From the NCBI GenBank assembly GCA_041170435.1, contig JBEAYU010000030.1, forward strand, positions 1,769 to 65,768: a stretch of DNA of 64,000 bases, read 5' to 3'. The notes beneath the pieces are model-generated. The model did not search any database, was not told where the DNA came from, and saw only the letters and a program-made list of their open reading frames with translations. This DNA comes from Bacteroidota bacterium. GTDB taxonomy: Bacteria > Bacteroidota > Ignavibacteria > Kapaibacteriales > Kapaibacteriaceae. The position numbers and the translations under genes are program-made. Shown here piece by piece: positions 62,888 to 64,000 of this stretch (positions are counted from its first letter, which is position 1; every line of letters begins with the position of its first letter).

Positions 62888-64000
62888 TTACTTCTCGTCG
62901 ACGATCGTATAGTCCGCGTCTTCGACCTTGTTTCCGTCACCTTCCGGAGCCGGTCCATCCTGCGAAGGGGGCTGCTGCGATGCCGTGGCCGATGCTTGCT
63001 CATACATCTTCGTGGAGGCTTCACTCCAGAGCTGATTCAGAGCGTCAATGGCCGGACGGATGTCAGAGGCGTTGTTCTTCGAGGCGTCAACAAGGCGATC
63101 CTTGGCCTTGGTGATACGATCTTTCGTGTCTGCATCAAGCTTCTCGTCGAACTCCTTCAGTTGCTTTTCCGTGCTGTACACCAGCTGGTCGGCCTGATTG
63201 CGGAGTTCGATCTCTTCCTTGCGCTTCTTGTCTTCGGCGGCATGGTCCTGAGCATCGCGCTTCATCTTTTCGACCTCGGACTTGTCGAGTCCGGATGATC
63301 CGGTGATGCGGATGTTCTGTTCCTTGTTCGTTGCCTTATCCTTGGCAGTCACACTCAAGATGCCGTTGGCATCAATGTCGAAGGTGACCTCGACCTGAGG
63401 GATGCCGCGCGGGGCCGGTGGGATCCCATCGAGGTGGAACTTGCCGAGCGTCTTGTTATCGGCCGCCATCGAACGCTCACCTTGAAGGATGTGGATCTCA
63501 ACCGACGGCTGATTGTCCGACGCGGTGGAGAACGTCTCCGTCTTGCGGTGAGGGATCGTAGTGTTGGCCGGGATCATCGGCGTCATCACTCCACCCATCG
63601 TCTCGATGCCGAGCGAAAGGGGCGTCACATCCAGCAGAAGCACGTCCTTGACGTCGCCCGAGAGCACACCGCCCTGGATTGCAGCGCCTACGGCCACGAC
63701 TTCGTCGGGATTGACACCTTTCGATGGCTCTTTGCCGAAGAAGTTCTTGACCAGCTCTTGGATCTTCGGGATGCGTGTCGAGCCCCCGACAAGGATGACC
63801 TCATCGATCTGGGACGGCGTGAGCTTTGCATCGCGAAGAGCCCCTTCGCATGGCTTGAGAGAGCGGTCAAACAGATCCGAGCAAAGCTGCTCGAAGCGAG
63901 CGCGGGTGATATTCACGTTCAGGTGCTTCGGACCATCCGCCGTGGCCGTGATGAACGGCAGGTTCACGTCGGTCTGCAACATCTGTGAGAGTTCGATCTT
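62888..64000 (-). CDS. dnaK: Chaperone DnaK (3' portion; gene starts outside the window)
   Basis: [68 protein letters not shown]. Confidence 0.98.
   Translation of the reverse strand, partial: KIELSQMLQTDVNLPFITATADGPKHLNVNITRARFEQLCSDLFDRSLKPCEGALRDAKLTPSQIDEVILVGGSTRIPKIQELVKNFFGKEPSKGVNPDEVVAVGAAIQGGVLSGDVKDVLLLDVTPLSLGIETMGGVMTPMIPANTTIPHRKTETFSTASDNQPSVEIHILQGERSMAADNKTLGKFHLDGIPPAPRGIPQVEVTFDIDANGILSVTAKDKATNKEQNIRITGSSGLDKSEVEKMKRDAQDHAAEDKKRKEEIELRNQADQLVYSTEKQLKEFDEKLDADTKDRITKAKDRLVDASKNNASDIRPAIDALNQLWSEASTKMYEQASATASQQPPSQDGPAPEGDGNKVEDADYTIVDEK

Overview
Gene-dense core chromosomal segment with about 50 CDS. I found no rRNA, tRNA, CRISPR array or recognisable mobile element. The organism is inferred to be an FCB-group bacterium, most consistent with the Kapabacteria/Ignavibacteria side. 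That inference rests on T9SS C-terminal sorting domains, TAnnTTTG-type promoters, Gln after signal peptides, and an atp operon without atpD/atpC. Housekeeping genes: upp, tatD, bcp, dnaX, clpC, family-4 UDG, ddl, atpBEFHA-G, crtB, radA, katG, obgE, paaBCD, a PhoP/PhoR-like pair and dnaK (partial). They are interleaved with seven large T9SS-type secreted proteins, several outer-membrane beta-barrels and a TonB-dependent receptor. Most notable observations: (1) the TatD ORF has no stop codon; its last helix runs into a canonical signal peptide and a complete OM beta-barrel-like protein, a candidate cleavable polyprotein; (2) the ADP-heptose epimerase gene rfaD/gmhD sits between atpA and atpG; (3) a hairpin element between atpE and atpF is flanked by a near-perfect direct repeat; (4) promoter motifs recur 4-5 nt upstream of start codons, implying leaderless mRNAs, and one is built on the upstream gene's stop codon; (5) a Cys-pair beta-barrel family, one member fused to OmpA-like domains and coupled to a T9SS cargo gene. 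All calls come from manual motif reading; no database searches were run, and refined start codons are my best estimates.
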